32,000 nucleotides of DNA from contig NC_000964.3 of NCBI RefSeq assembly GCF_000009045.1, forward strand, positions 1,590,001-1,622,000. The letters run 5' to 3'. The DNA comes from Bacillus subtilis subsp. subtilis str. 168 (GTDB taxonomy: Bacteria > Bacillota > Bacilli > Bacillales > Bacillaceae). The notes under the pieces are model-generated. The model was not told where the DNA came from and did not search any database. It saw only the letters and a program-made list of their open reading frames with translations. The translations under genes were made by a program, and so were the position numbers. Below, piece after piece: positions 9,283 to 17,555 of this stretch; position 1 is the first letter of the stretch, and every line of letters begins with the position of its first letter.

Positions 9283-12200
9283 ATGAGGAAAAAAACGAAA
9301 AACAGACTCATCAGCTCTGTTTTAAGTACAGTTGTCATCAGTTCACTGCTGTTTCCGGGAGCAGCCGGGGCAAGCAGTAAAGTCACCTCACCTTCTGTTA
9401 AAAAGGAGCTTCAATCTGCGGAATCCATTCAAAACAAGATTTCGAGTTCATTAAAGAAAAGCTTTAAAAAGAAAGAAAAAACGACTTTTCTGATTAAATT
9501 TAAAGATCTGGCTAACCCAGAAAAAGCGGCAAAAGCGGCTGTTAAAAAAGCGAAATCGAAGAAGCTGTCTGCCGCTAAGACGGAATATCAAAAGCGTTCT
9601 GCTGTTGTGTCATCTTTAAAAGTCACAGCCGATGAATCCCAGCAAGATGTCCTAAAATACTTGAACACCCAGAAAGATAAAGGAAATGCAGACCAAATTC
9701 ATTCTTATTATGTGGTGAACGGGATTGCTGTTCATGCCTCAAAAGAGGTTATGGAAAAAGTGGTGCAGTTTCCCGAAGTGGAAAAGGTGCTTCCTAATGA
9801 GAAACGGCAGCTTTTTAAGTCATCCTCCCCATTTAATATGAAAAAAGCACAGAAAGCTATTAAAGCAACTGACGGTGTGGAATGGAATGTAGACCAAATC
9901 GATGCCCCAAAAGCTTGGGCACTTGGATATGATGGAACTGGCACGGTTGTTGCGTCCATTGATACCGGGGTGGAATGGAATCATCCGGCATTAAAAGAGA
10001 AATATCGCGGATATAATCCGGAAAATCCTAATGAGCCTGAAAATGAAATGAACTGGTATGATGCCGTAGCAGGCGAGGCAAGCCCTTATGATGATTTGGC
10101 TCATGGAACCCACGTGACAGGCACGATGGTGGGCTCTGAACCTGATGGAACAAATCAAATCGGTGTAGCACCTGGCGCAAAATGGATTGCTGTTAAAGCG
10201 TTCTCTGAAGATGGCGGCACTGATGCTGACATTTTGGAAGCTGGTGAATGGGTTTTAGCACCAAAGGACGCGGAAGGAAATCCCCACCCGGAAATGGCTC
10301 CTGATGTTGTCAATAACTCATGGGGAGGGGGCTCTGGACTTGATGAATGGTACAGAGACATGGTCAATGCCTGGCGTGCGGCCGATATTTTCCCTGAGTT
10401 TTCAGCGGGGAATACGGATCTCTTTATTCCCGGCGGGCCTGGTTCTATCGCAAATCCGGCAAACTATCCAGAATCGTTTGCAACTGGAGCGACTGATATC
10501 AATAAAAAGCTCGCTGACTTTTCTCTTCAAGGGCCATCTCCATATGATGAAATAAAGCCGGAAATATCTGCACCGGGCGTTAATATTCGTTCATCCGTTC
10601 CCGGTCAGACATATGAGGATGGTTGGGACGGCACATCAATGGCAGGGCCGCATGTATCCGCTGTTGCTGCACTGCTGAAACAGGCGAATGCCTCACTTTC
10701 TGTTGATGAGATGGAGGATATATTAACCAGCACGGCTGAACCGCTCACGGATTCAACATTTCCTGATTCACCGAATAACGGATATGGCCATGGTCTGGTG
10801 AATGCTTTTGATGCTGTATCCGCTGTTACAGATGGATTAGGGAAAGCGGAAGGACAAGTTTCTGTAGAGGGGGATGACCAAGAGCCTCCTGTCTATCAGC
10901 ATGAGAAAGTAACTGAAGCTTATGAAGGTGGCAGCCTACCACTGACTTTGACAGCTGAAGACAATGTGAGTGTGACATCTGTAAAGCTGTCCTACAAGCT
11001 TGATCAAGGTGAATGGACAGAAATAACGGCTAAACGAATCAGCGGTGATCATCTAAAAGGAACGTATCAGGCAGAGATCCCAGATATAAAAGGAACTAAA
11101 CTAAGCTATAAGTGGATGATTCACGATTTTGGCGGTCATGTCGTTTCGTCTGACGTATACGATGTAACAGTGAAACCAAGCATCACGGCGGGATATAAGC
11201 AGGACTTTGAAACTGCACCCGGCGGCTGGGTTGCGAGCGGAACAAATAATAACTGGGAATGGGGAGTTCCGTCAACTGGCCCAAATACAGCAGCATCCGG
11301 AGAAAAAGTATATGGAACGAATTTGACAGGAAATTATGCCAACTCAGCAAACATGAACCTTGTTATGCCTCCTATTAAAGCACCTGATTCAGGAAGTCTG
11401 TTCCTTCAATTTAAAAGCTGGCACAATTTAGAGGATGATTTTGATTACGGCTACGTTTTTGTTCTTCCGGAAGGTGAAAAGAATTGGGAGCAGGCTGGTG
11501 TCTATAACGGAAAGACATCAAGCTGGACGGACGAAGAAATTGATTTATCGGCTTATAAAGGCCAAAACATTCAAGTGATGTTTAACCTTCAATCTGATGA
11601 AAGCATTGCAAAAGAGGGCTGGTATATTGATGATGTAGTGCTTTCTGACAAATCAGCCGGAAAAACAGTCAAAAAGAATAAGCTGGGCGTCGAAAAGCCG
11701 TCTGGAAAGCAAAAGAAAAAGCCAGTAAATCCGAAAAAGGCTAAGCCATCTGCAAACACAGCGGTAAAACATCAGAACAAGGCTATACAGCCTCAAGTTT
11801 TGCCGCTCAAGGCACAAGTCAGTGTAGTGGAAACAGGAAAATCAACATATTCAGATCAATCCACAGGGCAGTACACGCTGAAGCACAAAGCGGGAGACTA
11901 TACGCTTATGGCAGAAGCATATGGTTATCAGTCGAAAACACAAAAAGTATCTTTAAAGACGGATCAGACGACACAAGCTAATTTTACGTTAGAAGAGATG
12001 AAGAAGGGCACATTAAAAGGCACGGTCATCAATAAAACGACAGGAGAGCCGGTAACAGGCGCTTCCGTTTATGTTGTAGAGGATGCTGCGGTGGAACCGG
12101 CTATGACAAACGACAAAGGTGAATATATGCTGGAGGCCTATGAAGGCGCTTATACGATTAAAGTCGCTGCACCGGGTTATTACAGTGATGAATTTTCCGT

Positions 12201-13584
12201 TGAGTTAAAAGGTGATGTTACAAAAGAAACTGCATTGAAGCCTTTCGTCGGTTATCCGGGTGAAATTGCATATGATGACGGAACAGCGGAGAATGCCAAT
12301 TCCTATTTTGCTGCCGGTAACGGATGGGCGGTAAAAATGACGCTCGCTGACGGCAAGGACAAAGGCATGCTTACAGGAGGGCTGTTCAGATTCTGGGATA
12401 CAGAGTTCCCTGATCCGGGCGGCACAGAGTTTAAGGTTGAGGTATACGATGCCACAGGAAAAGACGGAGCACCGGGCAAGAAAATTGCAGGGCCATTTAA
12501 CGCGGAAGCTCTTCGCAATGGCGAGTGGACTAAGGTAGATCTCAGTTCAAAAGGGATTATGGTCGATAAAGATTTTTATCTCGTATATATCCAGTCGAAA
12601 CCTGATCCGTATTCACCTGGATTGGCAATGGATGAAACCGGCCAGAATTCCGGCCGCAACTGGCAGTATATAGATGGAAAGTGGCAGCCAGGTGACAAAG
12701 CGGATGGCAACTATATGATTCGCGCATTAGTTGATTATGAAGCTGCTGTACCTGAGATTACTTCACCGACAGACAAATCATACACAAATAAGGATAGCGT
12801 CACTGTAAAAGGAAACGCTTCTCCTGGCACAACGGTACACATTTATAATGGAGAGAAAGAAGCAGGAGAAACGAAAGCTGCTGCGGATGGCACGTTCCAT
12901 GCAGGCATCATACTCAACAAGGGTGAAAATGAGCTGACGGCAACTGCATCAACTGACAACGGAACAACAGATGCCTCCAGCCCAATCACGGTCACGCTTG
13001 ATCAAGAAAAGCCTGAATTAACACTGGACAATCCAAAGGATGGCGGGAAAACAAATAAAGAAACGCTGACTGTCAAAGGGGCTGTATCCGATGACAATCT
13101 GAAAGACGTCAAGGTGAATGGCAAAAAAGCAACAGTAGCTGATGGTTCATACTCAGCCCGTATTCTTTTGGAAAATGGAAGAAATGAAATCAAGGTAATT
13201 GCTACAGACTTGGCAGGCAACAAAACGACGAAAAAGACAGTCATTGATGTGAACTTTGACAAGCCTGTCATTTCCGGCTTAATTCCGGGAGAGGATAAAA
13301 ACTTAAAAGCCGGTGAATCTGTGAAAATCGCTTTCTCAAGCGCTGAGGATTTAGATGCAACGTTTACCATTCGTATGCCGCTGACCAATGCAAGAGCGAG
13401 TGTGCAAAATGCCACCGAACTCCCGTTAAGAGAAATCTCTCCGGGGAGATATGAAGGCTATTGGACTGCCACTTCTTCTATTAAAGCAAAAGGAGCAAAA
13501 GTAGAAGTGATCGTCCGAGATGATTATGGAAATGAAACAAGAAAAACTGCGAATGGAAAACTTAATATGAACACAGAAAATTAA
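9283..13584 (+). CDS. bpr: Bacillopeptidase F, secreted multidomain subtilisin-family (S8) serine protease
   Basis: Signal peptide 'LISSVLSTVVISSLLFPGAAGA'. S8 triad motifs are 'VASIDTGV' (Asp codon 9961-9963), 'HGTHVTGT' (His 10102-10104) and 'GTSMAGPHV' (Ser 10636-10638). The long C-terminal extension has a Lys-rich linker and repeated beta-sandwich-like modules. The ATG at 9283 is 6 nt after GGGGG (9272-9276); the ATG at 9277 abuts the SD. Confidence 0.93.
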   Translation: MRKKTKNRLISSVLSTVVISSLLFPGAAGASSKVTSPSVKKELQSAESIQNKISSSLKKSFKKKEKTTFLIKFKDLANPEKAAKAAVKKAKSKKLSAAKTEYQKRSAVVSSLKVTADESQQDVLKYLNTQKDKGNADQIHSYYVVNGIAVHASKEVMEKVVQFPEVEKVLPNEKRQLFKSSSPFNMKKAQKAIKATDGVEWNVDQIDAPKAWALGYDGTGTVVASIDTGVEWNHPALKEKYRGYNPENPNEPENEMNWYDAVAGEASPYDDLAHGTHVTGTMVGSEPDGTNQIGVAPGAKWIAVKAFSEDGGTDADILEAGEWVLAPKDAEGNPHPEMAPDVVNNSWGGGSGLDEWYRDMVNAWRAADIFPEFSAGNTDLFIPGGPGSIANPANYPESFATGATDINKKLADFSLQGPSPYDEIKPEISAPGVNIRSSVPGQTYEDGWDGTSMAGPHVSAVAALLKQANASLSVDEMEDILTSTAEPLTDSTFPDSPNNGYGHGLVNAFDAVSAVTDGLGKAEGQVSVEGDDQEPPVYQHEKVTEAYEGGSLPLTLTAEDNVSVTSVKLSYKLDQGEWTEITAKRISGDHLKGTYQAEIPDIKGTKLSYKWMIHDFGGHVVSSDVYDVTVKPSITAGYKQDFETAPGGWVASGTNNNWEWGVPSTGPNTAASGEKVYGTNLTGNYANSANMNLVMPPIKAPDSGSLFLQFKSWHNLEDDFDYGYVFVLPEGEKNWEQAGVYNGKTSSWTDEEIDLSAYKGQNIQVMFNLQSDESIAKEGWYIDDVVLSDKSAGKTVKKNKLGVEKPSGKQKKKPVNPKKAKPSANTAVKHQNKAIQPQVLPLKAQVSVVETGKSTYSDQSTGQYTLKHKAGDYTLMAEAYGYQSKTQKVSLKTDQTTQANFTLEEMKKGTLKGTVINKTTGEPVTGASVYVVEDAAVEPAMTNDKGEYMLEAYEGAYTIKVAAPGYYSDEFSVELKGDVTKETALKPFVGYPGEIAYDDGTAENANSYFAAGNGWAVKMTLADGKDKGMLTGGLFRFWDTEFPDPGGTEFKVEVYDATGKDGAPGKKIAGPFNAEALRNGEWTKVDLSSKGIMVDKDFYLVYIQSKPDPYSPGLAMDETGQNSGRNWQYIDGKWQPGDKADGNYMIRALVDYEAAVPEITSPTDKSYTNKDSVTVKGNASPGTTVHIYNGEKEAGETKAAADGTFHAGIILNKGENELTATASTDNGTTDASSPITVTLDQEKPELTLDNPKDGGKTNKETLTVKGAVSDDNLKDVKVNGKKATVADGSYSARILLENGRNEIKVIATDLAGNKTTKKTVIDVNFDKPVISGLIPGEDKNLKAGESVKIAFSSAEDLDATFTIRMPLTNARASVQNATELPLREISPGRYEGYWTATSSIKAKGAKVEVIVRDDYGNETRKTANGKLNMNTEN

Positions 13585-13589
13585 GTGGA

Positions 13590-13621
13590 AAAAAAGCTGC
13601 CGTCATTGGCAGCTTTTTTTA
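13590..13621 (+). terminator. Intrinsic terminator after bpr
   Basis: AAAAAAGCTGCC pairs with GGCAGCTTTTTT across the loop GTCATT and ends in a T run. Confidence 0.9.
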
Positions 13622-13640
13622 TATCCTCTCATTATACTTC

Positions 13641-13728
13641 CTCGACAAATTAAGCAGATTTCCCTGAAAAATTGTATTTTCCTCTCAACATTAATTGACA
13701 GACTTTCCCACAGAGCTTGCTTTATACT
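13641..13728 (+). promoter_or_regulatory. spoIIG promoter: SigA-type -35/-10 with a 22-bp spacer, plus Spo0A-box-like sites
   Basis: TTGACA (13695-13700) and TATACT (13723-13728) are separated by 22 nt. CTCGACA (13641-13647) matches the 0A box TTCGACA at 6/7. CTCAACA (13684-13690) and ATTGACA (13694-13700) are weaker 0A-like boxes around the -35. Confidence 0.8.
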
Positions 13729-13778
13729 TATGAAGCAAGAAGGGGAACAGCGTGAGGCAAGAAAGAAAGGAGTCAGAT

Positions 13779-14708
13779 GTGAAAATCTATTTAGATGTCA
13801 TTTGGCTGTTAAACTTTTGTTTTGATGCACTTTTGCTTTTGCTCACGGCATTTATTTTAAAACGGCATGTAAAAAAAAGAAGACTGGTAGGCGGAGCGTT
13901 CATCGGTTCCAGTATTGTCCTTTTGATGTTTACTCCTTTTTCGCCGATTGTTGAACATCCGGCTGGGAAGCTAGCTTTTTCAGTTGTGATTGTGGTGGTG
14001 ACATTTGGCTTTAAAAGATTTCGGTTTTTCTTTCAAAATTTGTTTTCCTTTTATTTTGCCACTTTTTTAATGGGGGGAGGAATTATCGGAGCCCATTCTT
14101 TGCTGCAGTCAAATTCTATTGTTCAAAACGGTGTCATGATTACCAATCAAACAGGGTTTGGAGACCCGATCAGCTGGTTGTTTATTGTTGGTGGCTTTCC
14201 AGCATTATGGTTTTTTTCTAAAAGAAGAATTGAAGATATTGAAACAAAAAACATTCAATATGAGGAACGAGTCAGCGTGCAGGCAGATTTGGGCAGCCAA
14301 ACACTTCATGTCAGAGGCCTGATTGATTCCGGTAACCAGCTGTACGATCCTCTTACAAAAACACCGGTAATGATCATTTACATTGATAAACTGGAGCCGA
14401 TTTTCGGAACAGCCGAAACGATGATCATTCGAAACACAGACCCATTGGAAGCCATCGAACAGCTCGATGATTCCTTTCGCTTTTTAGATAAAATGAGGTT
14501 GATTCCATACAGGGGAGTTGGTCAGCAAAATCAATTTTTATTATGCGTTAAACCGGATCACGTAACGATTATGACAAAAGAAGAAATGATTTCTGCAGAT
14601 AAATGTTTAATCGGTATCAGCACAACAAAGCTGTCGGCAGATGGAGAGTTTGACGCGATTATTCATCCGAAAATGCTTTCGGGCAAGGCTGTCAAACACG
14701 TTTCATAA
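13779..14708 (+). CDS. spoIIGA: Membrane aspartic protease that processes pro-sigma-E
   Basis: N-terminal polytopic membrane domain and a C-terminal '[12 protein letters not shown]' (DSG aspartic-protease motif). The GTG at 13779 follows AAAGGAG. It is immediately upstream of sigE. Confidence 0.92.
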   Translation: MKIYLDVIWLLNFCFDALLLLLTAFILKRHVKKRRLVGGAFIGSSIVLLMFTPFSPIVEHPAGKLAFSVVIVVVTFGFKRFRFFFQNLFSFYFATFLMGGGIIGAHSLLQSNSIVQNGVMITNQTGFGDPISWLFIVGGFPALWFFSKRRIEDIETKNIQYEERVSVQADLGSQTLHVRGLIDSGNQLYDPLTKTPVMIIYIDKLEPIFGTAETMIIRNTDPLEAIEQLDDSFRFLDKMRLIPYRGVGQQNQFLLCVKPDHVTIMTKEEMISADKCLIGISTTKLSADGEFDAIIHPKMLSGKAVKHVS

Positions 14709-14770
14709 TGTTCGCAAATGTCCGTTACTTATCATACTCAAACGGCGTGACATTTAGAAGGGAGAGGAAG

Positions 14771-15490
14771 ATGAAAAAACTGAAATTACGGTTGACGCAC
14801 CTCTGGTATAAGCTGCTGATGAAACTTGGGCTGAAAAGTGATGAAGTCTATTACATAGGCGGGAGTGAAGCCCTGCCGCCTCCATTATCTAAAGATGAGG
14901 AGCAGGTTTTGTTAATGAAGCTCCCAAACGGCGATCAGGCGGCGCGCGCCATTCTAATTGAACGCAATTTGCGTCTGGTCGTATATATCGCCCGTAAATT
15001 TGAAAATACGGGAATTAATATAGAGGATTTAATCAGCATCGGTACCATCGGTCTAATCAAAGCTGTTAATACATTTAATCCAGAAAAGAAAATCAAGCTT
15101 GCTACCTATGCCTCCCGGTGTATAGAAAATGAAATCCTGATGTATTTAAGAAGAAATAACAAAATCCGTTCAGAGGTTTCCTTTGATGAACCGCTTAATA
15201 TTGATTGGGACGGCAATGAGCTTTTGCTTTCTGATGTGCTCGGCACTGACGATGACATCATCACTAAAGACATAGAAGCTAACGTCGATAAAAAGCTTTT
15301 GAAAAAAGCGCTTGAACAGCTTAATGAGAGAGAAAAGCAAATCATGGAGCTGCGGTTTGGGCTTGTCGGTGAAGAAGAAAAAACCCAAAAGGATGTAGCG
15401 GATATGATGGGGATTTCTCAGTCTTATATTTCGCGGCTTGAGAAAAGAATTATAAAAAGGTTGAGAAAAGAGTTCAACAAAATGGTGTAA
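14771..15490 (+). CDS. sigE: Sporulation sigma factor E precursor (pro-sigma-E)
   Basis: Pro-sequence '[27 protein letters not shown]', then sigma-70 regions 2-4 ('[12 protein letters not shown]', '[15 protein letters not shown]', '[22 protein letters not shown]'). The ATG at 14771 follows GGAGAGGAAG. The track start at 14708 has no SD. Confidence 0.96.
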   Translation: MKKLKLRLTHLWYKLLMKLGLKSDEVYYIGGSEALPPPLSKDEEQVLLMKLPNGDQAARAILIERNLRLVVYIARKFENTGINIEDLISIGTIGLIKAVNTFNPEKKIKLATYASRCIENEILMYLRRNNKIRSEVSFDEPLNIDWDGNELLLSDVLGTDDDIITKDIEANVDKKLLKKALEQLNEREKQIMELRFGLVGEEEKTQKDVADMMGISQSYISRLEKRIIKRLRKEFNKMV

Positions 15491-15564
15491 AAAATTTTAT
15501 GGTTAGAACCCCTTGATTTTACAGGGATTTCCTGATTTCGACAGTTTTTCGGTCTGAGTGCAGT

Positions 15565-15592
15565 GCATATTTTTCCCACCCAAGGAGATACT
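15565..15592 (+). promoter_or_regulatory. SigF/SigG-type forespore promoter of sigG
   Basis: GCATA (15565-15569), 14 nt, then GGAGATACT (15584-15592). This fits GCATR-N14-15-GGnnAnAHT and lies about 40 nt upstream of the sigG GTG. Confidence 0.75.
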
Positions 15593-15628
15593 TAACGTTG
15601 TACAGCAGCTCCTGTAGGGAGGGAAAAA
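15570..15628 (+). promoter_or_regulatory. Long-range helix able to sequester the sigG Shine-Dalgarno sequence in read-through transcripts
   Basis: TTTTTCCCACCC (15570-15581) is complementary to GGGAGGGAAAAA (15617-15628) at 11 of 12 positions, with one A:A mismatch at 15578/15620. The 3' arm is the sigG SD. Confidence 0.6.
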
Positions 15629-15629
15629 A

Positions 15630-16412
15630 GTGTCGAGAAATAAAGTCGAAATCTGCGGGGTGGATACCTCCAAATTACCAGTACTCAAGAATGAAGAGAT
15701 GAGAAAGCTGTTTAGGCAGCTGCAGGATGAAGGCGATGATTCAGCAAGAGAAAAGCTTGTAAACGGGAACTTGCGTCTTGTCTTAAGTGTCATTCAACGA
15801 TTTAATAACAGAGGGGAGTATGTTGATGACTTATTTCAAGTCGGCTGCATCGGACTAATGAAATCCATTGATAATTTTGACCTAAGCCACAATGTTAAGT
15901 TTTCAACATACGCTGTACCTATGATTATCGGAGAGATCCGCAGGTATTTACGTGATAATAACCCGATCCGTGTCTCAAGATCACTCCGGGACATCGCTTA
16001 CAAGGCGCTTCAGGTAAGAGAGCGGTTAATCAGTGAGACAAGCAAGGAGCCGACTGCAGAAGACATCGCAAAAGTTCTTGAAGTACCGCATGAGGAAATT
16101 GTATTTGCGCTTGATGCCATTCAGGATCCGGTTTCTCTATTTGAACCGATCTATAACGACGGCGGAGACCCGATCTATGTGATGGACCAAATCAGTGATG
16201 AGCGTAATACAGATTCACAATGGATTGAAGAGCTGGCTTTAAAAGAGGGCATGAGAAGGCTGAACGATAGGGAAAAAATGATTTTGAGAAAGCGATTCTT
16301 CCAAGGGAAAACCCAAATGGAAGTCGCCGAGGAAATCGGAATTTCTCAAGCGCAGGTGTCCAGACTTGAAAAAGCGGCTATCAAACAAATGAATAAAAAT
16401 ATTCATCAATAA
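15630..16412 (+). CDS. sigG: Forespore-specific sporulation sigma factor G
   Basis: Sigma-70 family motifs 'GNLRLVLSVIQRF', 'YAVPMIIGEIRRYLRD' and 'TQMEVAEEIGISQAQVSRLEK'. The GTG start is preceded by GGGAGGGA. Confidence 0.96.
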   Translation: MSRNKVEICGVDTSKLPVLKNEEMRKLFRQLQDEGDDSAREKLVNGNLRLVLSVIQRFNNRGEYVDDLFQVGCIGLMKSIDNFDLSHNVKFSTYAVPMIIGEIRRYLRDNNPIRVSRSLRDIAYKALQVRERLISETSKEPTAEDIAKVLEVPHEEIVFALDAIQDPVSLFEPIYNDGGDPIYVMDQISDERNTDSQWIEELALKEGMRRLNDREKMILRKRFFQGKTQMEVAEEIGISQAQVSRLEKAAIKQMNKNIHQ

Positions 16413-16414
16413 TG

Positions 16415-16452
16415 AAAAGCCTTTAAAACGATGTTGTTTTAAAGGCTTTTCT
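16415..16452 (+). terminator. Intrinsic terminator after sigG
   Basis: AAAAGCCTTTAAAAC (16415-16429) pairs with GTTTTAAAGGCTTTT (16436-16450). Confidence 0.9.
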
Positions 16453-16559
16453 ATTGATTATGGATGGTTTACGTTTTGGAAAAAGTAAGGTATCCTAGTT
16501 CGTACAAAGTTTTATGAAAATTAAAACAATTATAAAAGGCAATAAAGAGGAGGACCACG

Positions 16560-17354
16560 ATGATTTTGCAGCTTGACAATGTCTCACTAAAACGGAATGG
16601 GAAATGGATACTGAAAGATATTCATTGGAAGGTGGAAGAAAAGGAAAATTGGGTGCTTTACGGCCTAAATGGCGCCGGGAAGACAGCGCTGTTAAATATG
16701 CTTTGCTCATATTATTTTCCAACATCAGGCGAGATGCAGGTGCTCGGCCATGAATTTGGCAAAACAGAGCTTGGGGAAAAGCTCAGACGTAAAATTGGCC
16801 TCGTCTCAGCAGCTCTTCAGCAAAAATTGTATCCGGCAGATTCAGCTTTTGAAATTGCTTTGAGCGGAGCTTACGCTTCGATTGGGTTATATGAAACGCC
16901 AAGTAAGGAAACCAGGGAAAAAGCGATAGGTTTGTTAGAGGACTTGGGAGCAATTGAATATGCCGATCGCCGCTATGAAACCCTTTCTCAAGGGGAAAAA
17001 CAAAGAGCATTGATTGCTAGAGCACTAATGGCCGATCCGGAGCTGCTGATACTGGATGAACCAGTCACAGGACTGGATTTTATTGCCCGGGAAAAGCTGT
17101 TAGATACGATTACATACATTGCAAACAAAGAAAATGCACCATCTATCCTTTATGTGACTCATCATGCTGAAGAAATTTTGCCTGTCTTTGATAAAGCCCT
17201 TTTATTAAAACAGGGAGAGGTTTTTGGATCCGGAGAAATAAAGGAAATGCTTACTGATCAAATACTTTCCGCTTTTTTTGATACGCCAATCCATGTATTA
17301 TGGAATCAGGATCGGCCGTTTTTAACAAGAGCTGAGCCGATAACGAATGCCTGA
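16560..17354 (+). CDS. ylmA: ABC-transporter ATP-binding protein with no adjacent permease
   Basis: Walker A 'GLNGAGKT', ABC signature 'LSQGEKQR', Walker B 'LLILDEP' and H-loop 'YVTHH'. SD AGAGGAGGA lies upstream. Confidence 0.9.
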   Translation: MILQLDNVSLKRNGKWILKDIHWKVEEKENWVLYGLNGAGKTALLNMLCSYYFPTSGEMQVLGHEFGKTELGEKLRRKIGLVSAALQQKLYPADSAFEIALSGAYASIGLYETPSKETREKAIGLLEDLGAIEYADRRYETLSQGEKQRALIARALMADPELLILDEPVTGLDFIAREKLLDTITYIANKENAPSILYVTHHAEEILPVFDKALLLKQGEVFGSGEIKEMLTDQILSAFFDTPIHVLWNQDRPFLTRAEPITNA

Positions 17355-17368
17355 CAAATATATATAGA

Positions 17369-17460
17369 TTCATCCTAGGGGTGCTTTGCGAAGCTGAGAG
17401 AGACTTTGTCTCAACCCTTTTGACCTGATCTGGATCATGCCAGCGGAGGGAAGCGGTGAA
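17369..17460 (+). promoter_or_regulatory. TPP (THI-box) riboswitch aptamer in the ylmB leader
   Basis: Conserved THI-box elements are present: GGGGTGC (17378-17384), CTGAGAG (17394-17400) and ACCCTTTTGACCTGATCTGGATCATGCCAGCGGAGGGAA (17414-17452). A candidate P1 pairs TTCATC (17369-17374) with GGTGAA (17455-17460). Confidence 0.9.
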
Positions 17461-17461
17461 A

Positions 17462-17491
17462 AGCGGAGTACATCGGACTCCGTTTGTTTTT
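17462..17491 (+). terminator. First terminator-like hairpin of the ylmB leader
   Basis: CGGAGT (17464-17469) pairs with ACTCCG (17477-17482), followed by TTTGTTTTT. Confidence 0.55.
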
Positions 17492-17494
17492 ATT

Positions 17495-17527
17495 AAGCCG
17501 TTTCATCACATTTGAAACGGCTTTTTT
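17495..17527 (+). terminator. Second, stronger terminator-like hairpin of the ylmB leader
   Basis: AAGCCGTTTCA (17495-17505) pairs perfectly (11 bp) with TGAAACGGCTT (17513-17523), followed by TTTTGATTTT. Confidence 0.7.
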
Positions 17528-17555
17528 GATTTTAAAGAATAGGAGCGGATTTACA

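Noticed and set aside
9261-9380. A small ORF starting at ATG 9261 (about 39 codons) overlapping the bpr start out of frame, possibly served by the orphan SD at 9231-9239.
   Set aside because: The ATG is about 22 nt from the GGAGG, too far for initiation, and the peptide has no recognisable features. I report the orphan SD separately as a possible mRNA-stability element instead.
15503-15793. A 96-aa minus-strand ORF spanning the sigE-sigG intergenic region and the sigG 5' end.
   Set aside because: It overlaps the sigG promoter, SD and coding start in antisense and has no SD or promoter of its own. The interval is fully explained by the sigG regulatory elements.
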